Shown here: positions 1 through 12,480 of the stretch, piece by piece | How the letters are laid out: each line of letters starts with the position of its first letter | Position numbering within the stretch: the stretch's first letter is position 1 | Source of the DNA: Chiloscyllium plagiosum | Lineage: Eukaryota | Direction: 5' to 3' | DNA length: 64,000 nucleotides | NCBI RefSeq assembly: GCF_004010195.1 | Contig: NC_057751.1 | Span: forward strand, 8,236,404 to 8,300,403 | Notes under the pieces: model-generated | What the model saw: the letters and a program-made list of their open reading frames with translations, nothing else | Told to the model about the DNA's origin: nothing | Database searches by the model: none | Translations under genes and position numbers: made by a program

Positions 1-122
1 AGAAGGGCTTATGCCCGAAACGTCGATTCTCCTGTTCCCTGGATGCTGCCTGACCTGCTGCGCTTCTCCAGCAACACATTTTCAGCTCTGATCTCCAGCA
101 TCTGCTGACCTCACTTTCTCCT
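1..122 (+). mobile_element. PLE pseudo-LTR-derived short element, family A (HHR plus tail), cut by the window edge
   Basis: AGAAGGGCTTATGCCCGAAACGTCGATTCTCCTG...CTCCAGCATCTGCTGACCTCACTTTCTCC, near-identical to 41397-41521 and similar to 62129-62255. Confidence 0.85.
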
Positions 123-330
123 CAAAGAGGTACAAAGAGGCAAGGAAACACGGTGAGTAATGCAAAGGAGTGAGAGAAAGGAAATTGAGAGACAAATGCC
201 AAAGGCAGAGAGAAAGAGGGGGAAGGGAATGCTGAAGGATGGCAAGGGAGCAAGACAGAGGACACGCAAGAACTTCAACACTGAAACTAAAATATCACTG
301 ATGCTAGAAATCTGAAATGAACACACACAA

Positions 331-614
331 GTGGCTCAGTGGATTGTACTGCTGCCTCACAGCACCAGATTTGATTCCAGCTTCATCTGTGTGGAATTTA
401 CATTTTCTCCCCATGTCTGCATGGGTTTCCTCCAGGTGCTCCGGTTTCCTCCGGCGGTTCAAGGATGTGCAGGTTTGGTGAATTAACCATGATAAATTAC
501 CCACAGTGTTCAGGGATGTGTAGGTTAGGTGCATGGCAAACATAGAGTTGCAGAGTCTGGGTGGGATGCCCTTCCAAGGATTGGTGTGGACTTGTTGGAA
601 TGAATGGCCTGCTT
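331..614 (+). mobile_element. HE1-like tRNA-derived V-SINE, decayed
   Basis: tRNA-like head (GTGGCTCAGTGG...), V-domain TTCTCCCCATGTCTGCATGGGTTTCCTCCAGGTGCTCCGGTTTCCTCC, CR1-like tail. Confidence 0.75.
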
Positions 615-926
615 TGGGAATCCAAAACAAAACGTTGCTGGAGAAACTCAGCAGGTCTGGCTGCATCTGTGGAGAGAGAAATACAGGCAACTTTGAAGAA
701 CATCAAAACTGGTAGCAAATGTTGGCAATTCAGTCTCTGGAGCCTGTTCTGTCATTTAAAATTATCATGGTTGATTTCCTTTTGGCCTCAAATCCATTTT
801 AATACTCATTCCCAAAACACCTTAACCCAACACTAATTAAAAACCAATCTGCACCTTAAGTGTATTGAGTGTCCCACATTTTGGAGTCTTGGATTCCAAT
901 GCTTTGAGAAGACTAATTCCTGTCTT

Positions 927-1135
927 GGAGAAAGTGAGAACCACAGATGCTGGAGGTCAGAGTAGAAAGTGTGGTGCTGGAAATGCGCAGCCGGTCAGGC
1001 AGAATCCAGGGAACAGGAGAGTCGACGTTTCAAGTATAAGCTCTTCATCAGCTCTTCATTGAGCTTATGCCCGAAACATCAACTCTCCTGCTCCTCAGAT
1101 GCTGCCTGACCGGCTGTGCTTTTCCAGCACCACAC
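927..1135. mobile_element. Inverted pair of family A PLE pseudo-LTRs (minus arm 927-1051 with tail; plus arm about 1061-1135 without tail)
   Basis: Arms are reverse complements; minus arm reads CTGATGAAGAGCTTATACTTGAAACGTC; possible degenerate TSD TGTCTTG(G/C)AGA at 921-931 and 1141-1151. Confidence 0.8.
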
Positions 1136-1169
1136 CCCTTTGTCTTGCAGAGTCCAGTATGACTCTTCC

Positions 1170-1715
1170 ATGTGAAGACATTCCTGCACGGATTCCGGAC
1201 CACATTCAGACCGTCACAATTTGGACCTGAACAGGACAACTTCTACCTACAGCAAATCCAAAGCTTCCAGAAATGGTTCTCCCTCTGCTCCACACTCATA
1301 GCCATGCGCCGCCACCTACTCTTCCTGCAGTCAACCCTGCATCAGCTCAGGGCCACACTTTGCCAGACTGGATCAATGTGAATTTCACCAGTTTCCCCAT
1401 TTTCCCTCCCATCAGCTTATCCCAGTCCCAACCTCCCAACTCGACACCACCTTCAACGGTCTGACCTGTCCATCTTCCCTCCCATACATCCACTCCACCC
1501 TCCTCTCTGACTTATCACTTTTACCCCCACCTTCATCTACCTATCACTTTCCCAGCTACCCTTCCCCCCATGCCCACCCCCTCCCATTTATCTCTCAGCT
1601 CCCTCGGCCCACAAGACTCATTCCTGATGAGGGACTTATGCCCGAAACGTCAATTCTCCTGCTCCTCAGATGCTGCCTGACTAGCTGTGCTTTTTCAGCA
1701 CCACACTCTCGACTT
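1170..1715 (+). mobile_element. Internally deleted PLE: ORF N-terminal remnant fused to the GIY-YIG C-terminal end and pseudo-LTR
   Basis: Peptide HGFRTTFRPSQFGPEQDNFYLQQIQSFQ...AMRRHL (resembles PLE N-termini; recognition only), then WINVNFTSF (matches GTNVDFTSF of the GIY-YIG copy at 15.3 kb), a C-rich tract and an HHR at 1624-1651. Confidence 0.7.
1624..1651 (+). ncRNA. Minimal type I HHR motif with one stem II mismatch
   Basis: CTGATGA-G-GGAC-TTAT-GCCC-GAAAC-GTC. Confidence 0.6.
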
Positions 1716-2127
1716 GTGCACTGGTGTCAGTCTAAACTTATGCTGAGGTCATGGTTTGAGGTGGACCTTCTGACTTAGAGGTAACTCCCAATAATACCTT
1801 CACTTATCTCCCACTCAGTCTTTGTGACTCTGAGCTATTCATTCCTTTGTTTCCTGTCCGGCCTTTCTCATACTGTTCACGAAAACTGGATTGTGCATGC
1901 TCTCTCAAAAGCTAGTTCAGTTTTGTCAAAGGTTACTGAAGCTGAAGCAAACTAAATATTTAAACCTTCATTGCACCTTTTGTTCTTCCCCGCTGTGTGT
2001 GGTGTAATCATTGCTCAACAGGACGATAGTGATTTGTGCGCTTTTCAAATGAGGATTGGAGGGGATCGCTGTTGAATGTATTGCTGTCACGATCAGTAAA
2101 ACTGATTGAAGAAAGTTTTAAAGAAGG

Positions 2128-3186
2128 AACAAAAAATACAAAAGTGGTTTGAAGGGAGAAGACAGAGGCTGGTGGTGGAGGGTTGCCTTCCAGACTGGAC
2201 ACCTGTGACCACTGGTGCGCCACAAGGATCAGTGCTGGGTCCACTACTTTTCATCATGTATATAAATGATTTGGATGTGGACATAGGAGATATAGTTAGT
2301 AAGTTTGCAAATGACACCAAAATTGGAAGGGCAGTGGACAATTAAGGTTACCTCAGATTACAACGGGATCTTGATCAGATGGGCCAATGGGCTGAGGAGT
2401 GGCAGATGAAGTTTCATTGAGAAAAGCAAAATCAGGGCAGGAATTATACACTTAATGATAAGGTCTTTGGGCATTTGCTGAACAAAGAGACCTTTGAGTG
2501 CGGGTTCATAGCTCCTTGAAAGTGGAGTCTTCGGTAGGTAGGATAGTGAAGAACATGTTTGGTATGCTTTCTTTTATTGGACAGAGTATTGAAAATAGGA
2601 GTTGGGGGGTAATGTTGCAGCTGTAAGGACATTGGTTAGGCCACTTTTGGAATATTGCTTGCATGCAGTTCTGGTCTCCTTCCGATAAGAAGGATGTTGT
2701 GAAACTTGTCAGTGTTCAGAAAGGATTTACAAGGATGTTGCCAGGATTTGAGCTCCCGGCAGAGGCTGAATAGGCTGGGGCTGTTTTTCCTGGAGCGTTG
2801 GAGGCTGAGGGGTGACCTTACAGAAGTTTATAAAATTATGAGGGGCATGGATAGGATAAATAGACACTGCCTTTTTCCTAAGATGGGGGAGTCCAGAACT
2901 GCAGGGCATAGGTTTAGGGTGAGAGGGGAGAGATTTGAAAGGGACCTAAGGGGCAACTTTTTCATGCAGAAGATGGTACACGTATGGAATGAGCCGTCAG
3001 AGGAAGTGGTGGAGGTTGGTACAATTGCAACACTTAAAAGGCACTTGGATGGTATATGAATAGGAAGAGTTGAGAGGTATTTGGGCCAAGTGCTGGCAAA
3101 TGGGATTAGATTAAGTGAGGATATCTGGTCAGCATGGACAAGTTGGATCGAAGGGTCTGTTTCCCTACTGTACATCTCTGTGACTC
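2128..3186 (+). mobile_element. CR1-clade (HER1-like) LINE, 5'-truncated, decayed RT C-terminus and 3' UTR
   Basis: GAPQGSVLGPLLFIMYINDLD...SKFANDTKIG and LERWRLRGDLTEVYKIMRG; stops and frameshifts; 3' tail shared with the HE1-like SINEs. Confidence 0.92.
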
Positions 3187-3194
3187 AGGAATTC

Positions 3195-3650
3195 TGTGAG
3201 TAAAGGGAAAACAAAACAAAGCAAGACAGGTTAGTGGACAAGAAGAGCAGAGGAACTCAAAGGGAGGAATCTCAAATAGGAAGGGAAAAGGAGATGATTT
3301 AAGAGAATGAAACAAGAAAACTGAGGTAAGGGGAGAAACGAGGCTTGAGTAACTGAGAGAAAGGAGAAATAAAATTAGGTAGAATTAAATTGCATGCAGA
3401 CAGCGAGAGATTGAAAAATAGACTGGAGAAACAGTGACAAGTAACAACAGACAGATAGAGGAGTAAACCAAAAGCAGAGAGAGACTGAGAGAGATGGGGA
3501 CAGACAGACCCAGACAGGATGAAGAACAGACAAACGATAAACAGGAAGAGAGAGGGAAGGAGATAGATGAGAGACACCTATACTAAAAGACTGTGGTGGA
3601 GAGGGGAAGACTGCAGAGAAACATAATGTCAAAAGATGAAAAGCAGGCGA
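3195..3650 (+). repeat. Purine-rich (GA/AG) low-complexity tract
   Basis: Strong A/G strand bias with degenerate AGAG/GACA units. Confidence 0.6.
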
Positions 3651-6489
3651 AAATTCAGAGCGAGGATTTGAGATGTCCAAGGTACTATGTGTAAAGTTCT
3701 CTAAGGCGAGGTGACATCTTCTCATCAGGAATCAATCTGACTCCAACTTAATTGGACCTTACATCAGTCACTAAGATACTGTTACATTCATTGAAGGGAA
3801 TCAACAAGGCAAGCTGACAGTTCCATTGAATGACGTGTTTTGATATGAATTGCGTCAGTGTTATGTCACTTATGTCAGTTCTCAACAATAGGACATCTCT
3901 GTCATGACCAAAAAAAGACTTCATTCTTTCAACAAGAAAGCTAAATAGCTCCACTCCTGTCAGTCTGATGCCAAATGAAGAGGAGGAATTAAAAAGTTTC
4001 ATCCTTTCAAAAAAAACATCTCCAAGCCAAGAGGCCCTGCATTATTAGTCTTAAAGTTGCAAACTGTGAATGATAGTTTGTGAATATCTTCATGTCGCTC
4101 CTTGAACAGTAATTGAAAGATTTTTCATTAAAATTATTCTAATCTTTTTTAAGATAATAACATAGTTACAACAGTGGGTGGGAAATGGAGTTTCAGTCAG
4201 AACCATACAGTGTTTGGATGCTGAAATCACCGTTACATAATTCTACCAATGTTGATAGGCATATGTCTGCAAATTTTCAGACAGTAATTTTACAAAATTC
4301 CAGCTGCTTAATTATGTTAATACTTGGACAATGCATCGGTGCTCATATCCACACTGTTTCATGCACACTTGAACTGCACCATTCATTTCCTCTCTGTCAT
4401 CCAGCCTCAAATTGGCCTCTAACCTCAGCACATCCGATGCCAAGAGCATCACTGACTCTTTGTGTCTCATCCACCACAAATTTCAGCTTATTGAAATCTC
4501 TGGCATTTGTGTCCCAATCGAGCACCAATTTCTATGTCTTGAGTCTCTTGACTTCTGTGTTCAGACTGGTTCAAACTCAAAAGGGCCTCAAACCCAAACC
4601 TTCCAGTCCAGAGGAGGGGCACTTCCACTGTTCACCCTCCTCCTTACCCCACCCGTCCAACATGATGAAGGCAAGTCTTTCTTAAATTCTGCCCTTTCCT
4701 CACCTCCTTATTGCCTTAAAATTACCCCAAGCCCTTATTCTTCTCTCCTAATATCTCCTGTCTTGTCTCCACGTTGATTTGTATTTGATGGGTGTGAAAC
4801 TTCAGGTTGCTTTTTTTTCTCGATTAAGGTGCTAAATAAATGCAGGTCACTGTTGTAGCATAAATACACTCACACACAGCTGGGCTTGTATGTTGGAATC
4901 TGTCATTTCAAGGGCAAAATGCTTTCTGCTTTTTAAATGACAAGCAGTTACGGTCACTTGTGATTTGTTTGAAGCGAGGCCTCTCTTCAATTACCGTCGG
5001 AGGAAGCTCCTAATTTCTTCTTCATTGAAGTTAGACACAACAAAACTAACAGAACACTCAAGCCATCTGGCAAAATATAAATCATGCCAGCTTTTATAGT
5101 CTCCCTTGCAGAAAGCTAATTGATATTCTAAAATGCACGGGTATATACAAACATGAAACTCAGAAACCCACCGAGCAGGAAGGTCAATGCCAAAGTCACG
5201 GTTTCTGCACTGACTCAGGATGAAGGGAAGCATTTTTTCTCCTCAGCAATGATGACACTTGCAATACTGATTTATGAAGCTGAAACTACCAGTCTGTAAC
5301 AGTGCTGCGGTATTGCCTTGTGTCCATTATGCACTTGCTCTCTGCCCCTGGTGGCCTTGTAATGTTTTTAGATGCTTCAGCATCCATCGATATCAAATTT
5401 ATGAAGAGTAATTTAATTGTGTTATTGATGTGCGGGTTTAAACATTTCTTTAATTCTGATTTATAATCATTACTTTACGCACATCAATCACAATCCTCAT
5501 GGATTCAGGGAATCATCTTTTCTGCGCAGTATGCACAATGTACAGGAATTATTTCAAATGTTTTGCTCTGCATGTTTCATCTTTGATCACCTCGTATAAC
5601 TGGTGCACTTTTCCATCAATCACCAAGCCACTACGTTCTCACTCTGTCGCAAACCCTTTGTACTCTTGTACAGTACCTGATTGTCCCTGGGGCCCACTTG
5701 GACTTCAGTGAGTGACCTTGGCAACTTATCAACTTGACCTCACTTCGTCCAAACTTCACGCCATCAGAATCAGACAGAGAGACAGAAGGACAGCCACTCC
5801 TGGCTCGATTTGAAATCAGGTTCCAGAGCTTAGAAGGGAATATATCAACTTCAACCACAGTTTTGCACGCACTTCCAACTTAATTTGCCAGCAACATGGG
5901 TGAAAATGACAAAGAGCCGTGGAAAAAAAATTATTTTAGTCCTCCCGAGAGTATAAAATTGCCCAGACAATGAAACATACAGATTGTCCTGCTTAATTAT
6001 AGCACACAGCATCTTGTCAATAACATGAGGACTCAAAGACATCTTCAGAGCTCACTTTTGCATATCAGTCAACTCTCCAATCGTGTCTTTTAGGTTATGG
6101 AGGCTTTTGTATGTGAGTTGTTTCAAACCTGCCACATGAGTATAAAGTAATCCCAGATCAGGTGTGGCAAATGTGGAAATAATGATTAGAGCTCTTTCTG
6201 ATACGCATGCTGTTATGTCTTGAGGTTGATATTTTGGACTGTAAGAAACACAGTCTTTAAGAAGTCAGATTATGACAACACCATGATGGCATCATTTTGG
6301 ACATAAACAGCTCAGTAAAACCTTGTTGCCCTGTAGAGTGAGCACCTCATATGCTAAAGCCTCCTGCTGTTGCTGTACCCTTTGGCCTCCAAAGCTGCTG
6401 AAAATGTGACGGATGTGCGAGCAAACATGTCCAGGTCAGGTGACTGTGGAGGTTCGGCATGAAGCAAAGTTCCATCTTACAAATCTCAT

Positions 6490-7180
6490 TGGACACACAA
6501 AAATAATTCTATGCTGACACTCGGCTGAAGAACCCAAAGAGGGTGCTGTCTTGCAGATGAGGCACAAAGTCAGGGACATGTCCACCTCAGGAAAAATAGA
6601 CAAAGTCAACAGCTCTGGCAGCACCCATAGAGTCCAGTGACTCATCATAAGAGCCTGTGTACAGGCTCAGATTGATGTGAAAGGTCCCACTGCACTATTT
6701 CGAAGAATAGCTGCTATCACCAGGTTTCCTGGCCAATGTCTACTCTTCCCCAGTCACACCACAATCAAAGGGGCGGCACAATGCTTAGCACTGCTGCCTT
6801 ACAATGCCAGGGACCTGGGTTCGATTCCACATTTGGGTGACTGTCTGTGTGGAGCTTGCATCTCCTCCCTGTGCCTGTGTGGGTCTCCTCCCGCAGTCCT
6901 AAGATACCCAGGTTAGGGGGACTGGCCACGGGAAATGCAGGGTTATGTGTGTCTGCTCTTCGGAGGGTCAGCATGGAATCGATGGGCTCAAGACTCTCGG
7001 GATTGTATATAGATTACCTGGTTACGATGTGGTCACAGTGCTGCATTTGGGAGCTTGGTGCCTACAAATTGGCTGCAGCATTTGCAACAGTGACAGCACT
7101 CCAAAGGGAGTTCATTGGCTGTAAAACTCTTTGAGATATGCAGTGGCAGTGAAAAATGTTACATAGCTGCAGGCTTTTTG
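6490..7180 (+). mobile_element. DeuSINE (SacSINE1/AmnSINE1-like) remnant split by an HE1-like SINE
   Basis: Deu-domain-like GCACTATTTCGAAGAA...CCTGGCCAAT and tail GGGAGCTTG...AAATTGGCTGC...CATTGGCTGTAAA. Confidence 0.6.
6771..7010 (+). mobile_element. HE1-like V-SINE with internal deletion
   Basis: Head TTAGCACTGCTGCCTTACAATGCCAGGGACCTGGGTTCGATTCC with B-box, then V-domain. Confidence 0.8.
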
Positions 7181-7639
7181 CTTACCACCTGTTCTGCTGC
7201 AGAGTTAGCCAACATCACTGCAGTCTGGTCCATAAAACATCTTTTTACTCGTGGCACTGGACCAAGTCTGATGACAAAAGGAAACACTGGACCTACATTT
7301 TTTTTCTTAATATTCTTCGAGATAATAGCTATTTAACTTGTTTGAGGAGTGTCTGAGGAGCACTGGCACAGGCAGGTTTTGAGCGCTTGTGGCTAAAAGA
7401 TCCTGGTAATGAGGTGACATCCTCAGCAAGGGTTCAAAGGCTTCGATGGAGGCCGTCTGTGAGCTCCTTCAATTGGGGCAAAATACTGCAGATGCTGGAA
7501 ATCTCAAAAAAACAAACAGAATGCTGGAGAAACTCACAGGGTCTGGCAGCATCATTGGACAGAGAAACTGAGTTCATATTTCAAGTATGGGATGACCTCT
7601 TCCTATTACTCTCTACCAGTCTTCATCTATCCCGACCTC

Positions 7640-7826
7640 ACCAGTCCGCCCCTTTCCACACCCAAAATCCTGCCCCACCCATTGTCTGCAGCTTCTTTTC
7701 CACCCACCGCCAGTCCTGAAGAAGGGTTACACCAGAATCGTTGACTTCTCCACTCCCTAATGCTGCCTGGCTTGCTGTGTTCTTCCAGCCTCCTGCTCGC
7801 CTCACTCGGATTTCAGCATCTGCAGT
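7640..7826 (+). mobile_element. PLE pseudo-LTR, family C, with decayed HHR at 7712-7746
   Basis: AGTC-CTGAAGA-AGGGTTACACCA-GAATC-GTT-GACT; stem I AGTC/GACT; tail CAGCATCTGCAG; sister copy at 34490-34670. Confidence 0.7.
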
Positions 7827-7831
7827 TTTTT

Positions 7832-8113
7832 TACCCATCGAGTCTGTACCGACCCTCTGAGGAGCATCCCACCCAGAGACAACCCTATTCATGTAACCCT
7901 GCATTTCCATTGGTTAACGCACCCAGCCTGCACATCCCTGAACACTATGGGCAATTTCTCATGGCCATTACACCTATCCTGCTCATCTTTGGACTGTGGG
8001 AGGAAACCGGAGCACCCGGAGGAAACCCATGCAGACACGGGGACAATGTGCAAACTCCACGCAGACAGTCACTGAGGGTAGAATCGAACCCAGGTCCCTG
8101 GCGCTGCGAGGCA
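7832..8113 (-). mobile_element. HE1-like V-SINE
   Basis: Reverse-complement V-domain GGGAGGAAACCGGAGCACCCGGAGGAAACCCATGCAGACACGGGGAC and B-box GAATCGAACCC. Confidence 0.85.
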
Positions 8114-10028
8114 AACGAGCTGCTCCTGCAGAAGAGGAATCAAACTGAACATAAAATGTTCACTCTGTCTCTCTCTCTCATGGTCCTTTGACTCAAGGAG
8201 TTTGGTAATGTATTTGGAGAACCTTCCATGATCTTTTTGTTGTATGAGGAGGCATGAATGCGACCCATTGTACCTGAACGCCAGTTTGAGATCTCTGTCC
8301 TCAACGCTGAACTTTATTCCTCATGTCATATTGCCTCCAGCTGGGTTTAAGTGCCAAGTTCATACAGAGCTGTAGAAAATATTCTGCTTTTGATTCCTTC
8401 CCAGTAGCAGCTGGAAAGGGACTGCTGATTACTCTTTGGATTTTAACAGCTGGTATACAAAATCCTAGATATACCTCCTAACATCAACCCATCCGTTGCT
8501 ATCCCCATCTCGAACAGGTAATCCGTTTTGGGACACTGTAGCAGAATAGTCTCTCAGGGGAGTGACAGCCAGGTTTCTGGTACTGTGACTGGATCTGCTC
8601 TAGTGAGGGCTAAGTCAGGTTCCAAGTGATCGATTGCAATCGGGAACACTCTAGCCTGGGGCACAGACAAACCTTTCTGCGCTGTCAGCAAGACATCATG
8701 ATGGTGTGTTGCCTCCATGGTGCCAGTGTCAAGGATGTCTCGGAGAGAGTGCAAAGTATTTTCTAAGGAGTGAATGACCAGCACAAGGTCACTGTGCACT
8801 GTGCATGTACCAACGAAATAGGGAGGGAAAGGGACAAGATTCTGCAGAGAACATATTGGAAGCTAGGCAGGAGGTTAAAATGTAGGTCCTGGAGGGTAGT
8901 AATGTCTGGACTACTCCCAGCGTTATGTGCTCATGGGTGTACAAATAGGAGGAAAGAGCAGATGAATGTGTGGATAGGGGGAAGGATTCACATCCTTGGA
9001 CCATTGGGATCAATTCAGGGGTAGATGTGACCTGCGTAAGAGGGACAGGTTGCGCGTGAATTGCAAGGGGACCAATATCCCTGCGAGGAGATTTGTTAGT
9101 GCTACTCCGTAGATTTTAAACTGGTAAGTGGGGGAGGTGGGAACCAAAGCGATAGTGAGAAAAGAGAAAAGGTCAAGGCTGGTACAGTAGATAAGAGGAG
9201 CAAGTCAAACAGTTAAGGCAGACAAGAGCTTGACAGAGAACGAGATAAGACTGATAAATTAAACTGCGTTTACTTCATTGCAAAAGGCCTGACAGCTCAG
9301 GCAGATGAATTCAGGGGATGGTTAGAAACATGGGACTGGGGTATCATAGCTATTACAGAAACATGGCTCAGGGATGGACAGGACTGGCAGCTTAATGTTC
9401 CAGGGTGTAGATGCTATAGGAAGGATGGTCAGGGAGGCAAGAGAGGAAGGGGAGTGGCATTTTTGATAAGGGATAACATTAAGGCTGTACTTAGGGAGGA
9501 TATTCCTGGGAGATCACCCAGTGAAGTTTAATGGGTGGAACTGAGAAATACGAAAGTAATGATCAGCTTGTTGGGAGTGTATTATCGCCCCACCCCACCC
9601 CCCAATAGTCAGCAGGAAATTAAGAAGGAAATATATAAAGCGATCTTAGATAATTGTATGAATAATAGGGTTGTAATGGTCGGGGATTTTAACTTTCCAA
9701 ACATAGACTGGGACTCTCATAGTGTTAAGGGCTTGGATGGGGAGAAATTTGTTAAGTGAGTACAAGAAAACATTCTCATTCAATATGTGGATGTACCTAC
9801 TAGAGAAGAAGTAATATTTGATCTTCTGCTGGGAAATGGGTCAGGGAAAGTTACTGAGGTGTCTGTGGGGCAGCGCCTTGGGACCAATCATCAGATGTCA
9901 TTTAGTTTTATAAAGTAGTTCAGGAAAAAGATGAAACTGATCAAAAGGTTAAAGTTCTAAATGGGAGGAAGGACAATTATGATGGTATGAGACAGGAACT
10001 TTCAAAAGATGATTGGAGCTATTCACAG

Positions 10029-11023
10029 GTCATAGAGTCAAAGAGATGTACAGCATGGAAACAGACCCTTCGGTCCAACCCGTCCATGCCGACCAGATAT
10101 CCCAACCCCAATCTAGTCCCACCTGCCAGCACCCGGCTCATATCCCTCCAAACCCTTCCTATTCATATACCCATCCAATTGCCTCTTAAATGTTGCAATT
10201 GTACCAGTCTCCACCACATCCTCTGGCAGCTCATTCCATGCACGTACCACCCTCTGNNNNNNNNNNNNNNNNNNNNNNNNNNNNNNNNNNNNNNNNNNNN
10301 NNNNNNNNNNNNNNNNNNNNNNNNNNNNNNNNNNNNNNNNNNNNNNNNNNNNNNNNNNNNNNNNNNNNNNNNNNNNNNNNNNNNNNNNNNNNNNNNNNNN
10401 NNNNNNNNNNNNNNNNNNNNNNNNNNNNNNNNNNNGATAGGAAGGAGACCAGAATTGCACGCAATATTCCAACAGTGGCCTAACCAATGTCCTGTACAGC
10501 CGCAACATGACCTCCCAACTCCTGTACTCAATACTCTGACCAATAAAGGAAAGCATACCAAACACCTTCGTCACTATCCTATCTACCTGCGACTCCATTT
10601 TCAAGGAGCTATGAACCTGCACTCCAAGGTCTCTTTGTTCAGCAACACTCCACATTACCTTACCATTAAGTGTATAAATCCTGCTGAGATTTGCTTTCCC
10701 AAAATGCAGCAGATCGCATTTATCTGAATTAAACTCCATCTGCCATTCTTCAGCCCATCTGGTCCAGATCCTGTTGGAATCTTAGGTAACCCTCTTCACT
10801 GTCTACTACACCTCCAATTTTGGTGTCATCTGCAAATTTACTAACTGTACCTCTTATGCTCGCATCCAAATCATTTATGTAAATGACAAAACGTAGAGGG
10901 CCCAGCACCGATCCTTGTGGCACTCCACTGGTTAAAGGCCTCCCGTCTGAAAAACACCCTCCACCACCACCCTCTGTCTTCTACCTTTGAGCCAGTTCTG
11001 TATCCAAATGGCTAGTTCTCCCT
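10029..11023 (-). mobile_element. Younger CR1/HER1-like LINE 3' fragment inserted antisense into the older CR1; spans the N gap
   Basis: Minus-strand peptide MEFNSDKCDLLHFGK...LYRTLVRPLLEYCVQFWSP; TAGAGTCA-type tail at the left end. Confidence 0.88.
10257..10435. other. Assembly gap (179 N)
   Basis: Run of N. Confidence 0.99.
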
Positions 11024-11508
11024 GTAGGTCAAGGGACAGTTGGGAAGTGGGAGAACTTTAAAAATGAGTAACCAATAGTTCACAGATAATATGCTCCTGT
11101 TAGTGTGAAGGGCAAGGCTGGTAGGTGTAGGGAATGCCAGATGACTAGAAAAATTGACTTTCTGGTCAAGAAAAAAGACACGGCATATGTCAGGCATAAG
11201 CAGTGAATCCCTGGAGGACTATAAGGGCAGTGGAGTACACTTAAGAGGGAAATCAGGAGGGCAAAAAGGGGACATGAGGTAGCTTTGGCAATATGGTTAA
11301 GGTGAGTCCAAAGAGATTGCCTAAGTACATTAATATCAAAAGAGTGACTAGGAAGCGAATTGGGCCCCTTAAAGATCAGTGTGGCCATCGACATGTTGAA
11401 ACACAGGAGATGGGTGTGATACTAAATGAATATTTCACGTCAGTATTTACTGTGGACAAACACATGGAAACTGGGGAACATGGGGGAAAACACAGATGCC
11501 ATGAAAAT

Positions 11509-11597
11509 TCCTGAAGAAGGGCTCATGCCCGAAACGTCGATTCTCCTGTTCCTTGGATGCTGCCTGACCTGCTGCGCTTTTCCAGCAACACATTTTC
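11509..11597 (+). mobile_element. 89-bp family A PLE-derived element (HHR plus body, no tail) with 12-bp TSD
   Basis: TSD TGCCATGAAAAT at 11497-11508 and 11598-11609. Confidence 0.9.
11511..11538 (+). ncRNA. Minimal type I HHR motif, intact core
   Basis: CTGAAGA-A-GGGC-TCAT-GCCC-GAAAC-GTC; weak stem I ATTC/GATT. Confidence 0.7.
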
Positions 11598-11669
11598 TGC
11601 CATGAAAATAGTTCATATCACAGAAGAGGAGGAGCTGGAAGTCTAAAAATTCATATATGTAGTTAACTT

Positions 11670-12092
11670 GCTGGAAAATCTCAGCAGGTCTGGCAGCATC
11701 TGTAAGGAGAGAAAAGAGCTGACATTTCGAGTCTAACTGACCCTTTGTCAAAGCTAAAAAAAGGGGGATAAATAGGGAGGTATTTATACTGGGCTGAGAG
11801 AAGGTGAGTCATGGCTCCAGAAGCAAAGGTAGCAATAAAGAGATGATAATGACAGTGCATAGAGAGATAGGGAGATTAGGAGCTGTGAATGACCAAGGCT
11901 GAAGCCAGTGCGATGTGACAAAATATATGGGGGATGGGTGAAGCAGAGGCAAAAATGCTTTGACAAAGGGTCATTTAGACTCAAAACATCAGTTCTTTTC
12001 TCTCCTTACAGATGCTGCCAGACTTGCTGAGATTTTCCAGCATTTTCTCTTTTGGTTTCAGATTCCAGCATCCGCGGTAATTTGCTTTTATT
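11670..12092. mobile_element. Family B PLE inverted pseudo-LTR pair with 14-bp TSD
   Basis: TSD TA(T/C)GTAGTTAACTT at 11656-11669 and 12093-12106; minus arm 11670-about 11955, plus arm about 11957-12092 with tail. Confidence 0.85.
11717..11755 (-). ncRNA. HHR variant with U3-A8 core
   Basis: Minus strand AGCT-TTGACAA-A-GGGTC-AGTTA-GACTC-GAAAT-GTC-AGCT. Confidence 0.65.
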
Positions 12093-12351
12093 TACGTAGT
12101 TAACTTCATGGGACCTGATCTGGTGCTTTCCAGAATGTTCTGGGAAGTTTGGGAAGAGATTGCCAGGCACCTTGTATCATCAACAGCCACAGGTGAGGTG
12201 CTTGAAGACTGGAGGTTGGCGAACATGGTGTCACTATTTAAGAAAGGTGGTAAGGAAAAGCCAGGGAACGAGAGAGCAGTAAGCGCTTATGTCAGTGGTT
12301 GGCAAGTTGTTGCAGGCGATTCTGAGGGTCAGGATTTACATGCATCAGGAA

Positions 12352-12480
12352 GAAAGTGAGGACTGCAGATGCTGGAGAGTCAGAGTTGATAAATCAGGGG
12401 AAGAAAAATGATGTCTGAAATATCAACTCACTTGCTCCTCGGATGCTGCCTGACCTGCTGTGCTTTTTCCAATGTCGCAC
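12352..12480. mobile_element. Older family A inverted remnant (minus tail plus plus-strand body)
   Basis: Degenerate TSD TTTACATGCATCAGGAA (12335-12351) / TTTACACGTATCTGGAA (12481-12497); GGATGCTGCCTGACCTGCTG. Confidence 0.7.

Noticed and set aside
4185..4777. Overlapping ORFs of 166 and 121 aa
   Set aside because: No recognisable domain or convincing exon structure; consistent with chance
5674..5707. Possible 34-nt micro-exon (TTGTACAG/TACCTG...CTTCA/GTGAGT)
   Set aside because: Splice-like signals only; no partner exons and no recognisable peptide
9987..10739. Longest ORFs in the track (246, 208, 132 aa)
   Set aside because: They are long only because they run through the 179-N gap, and they lie within a CR1 fragment
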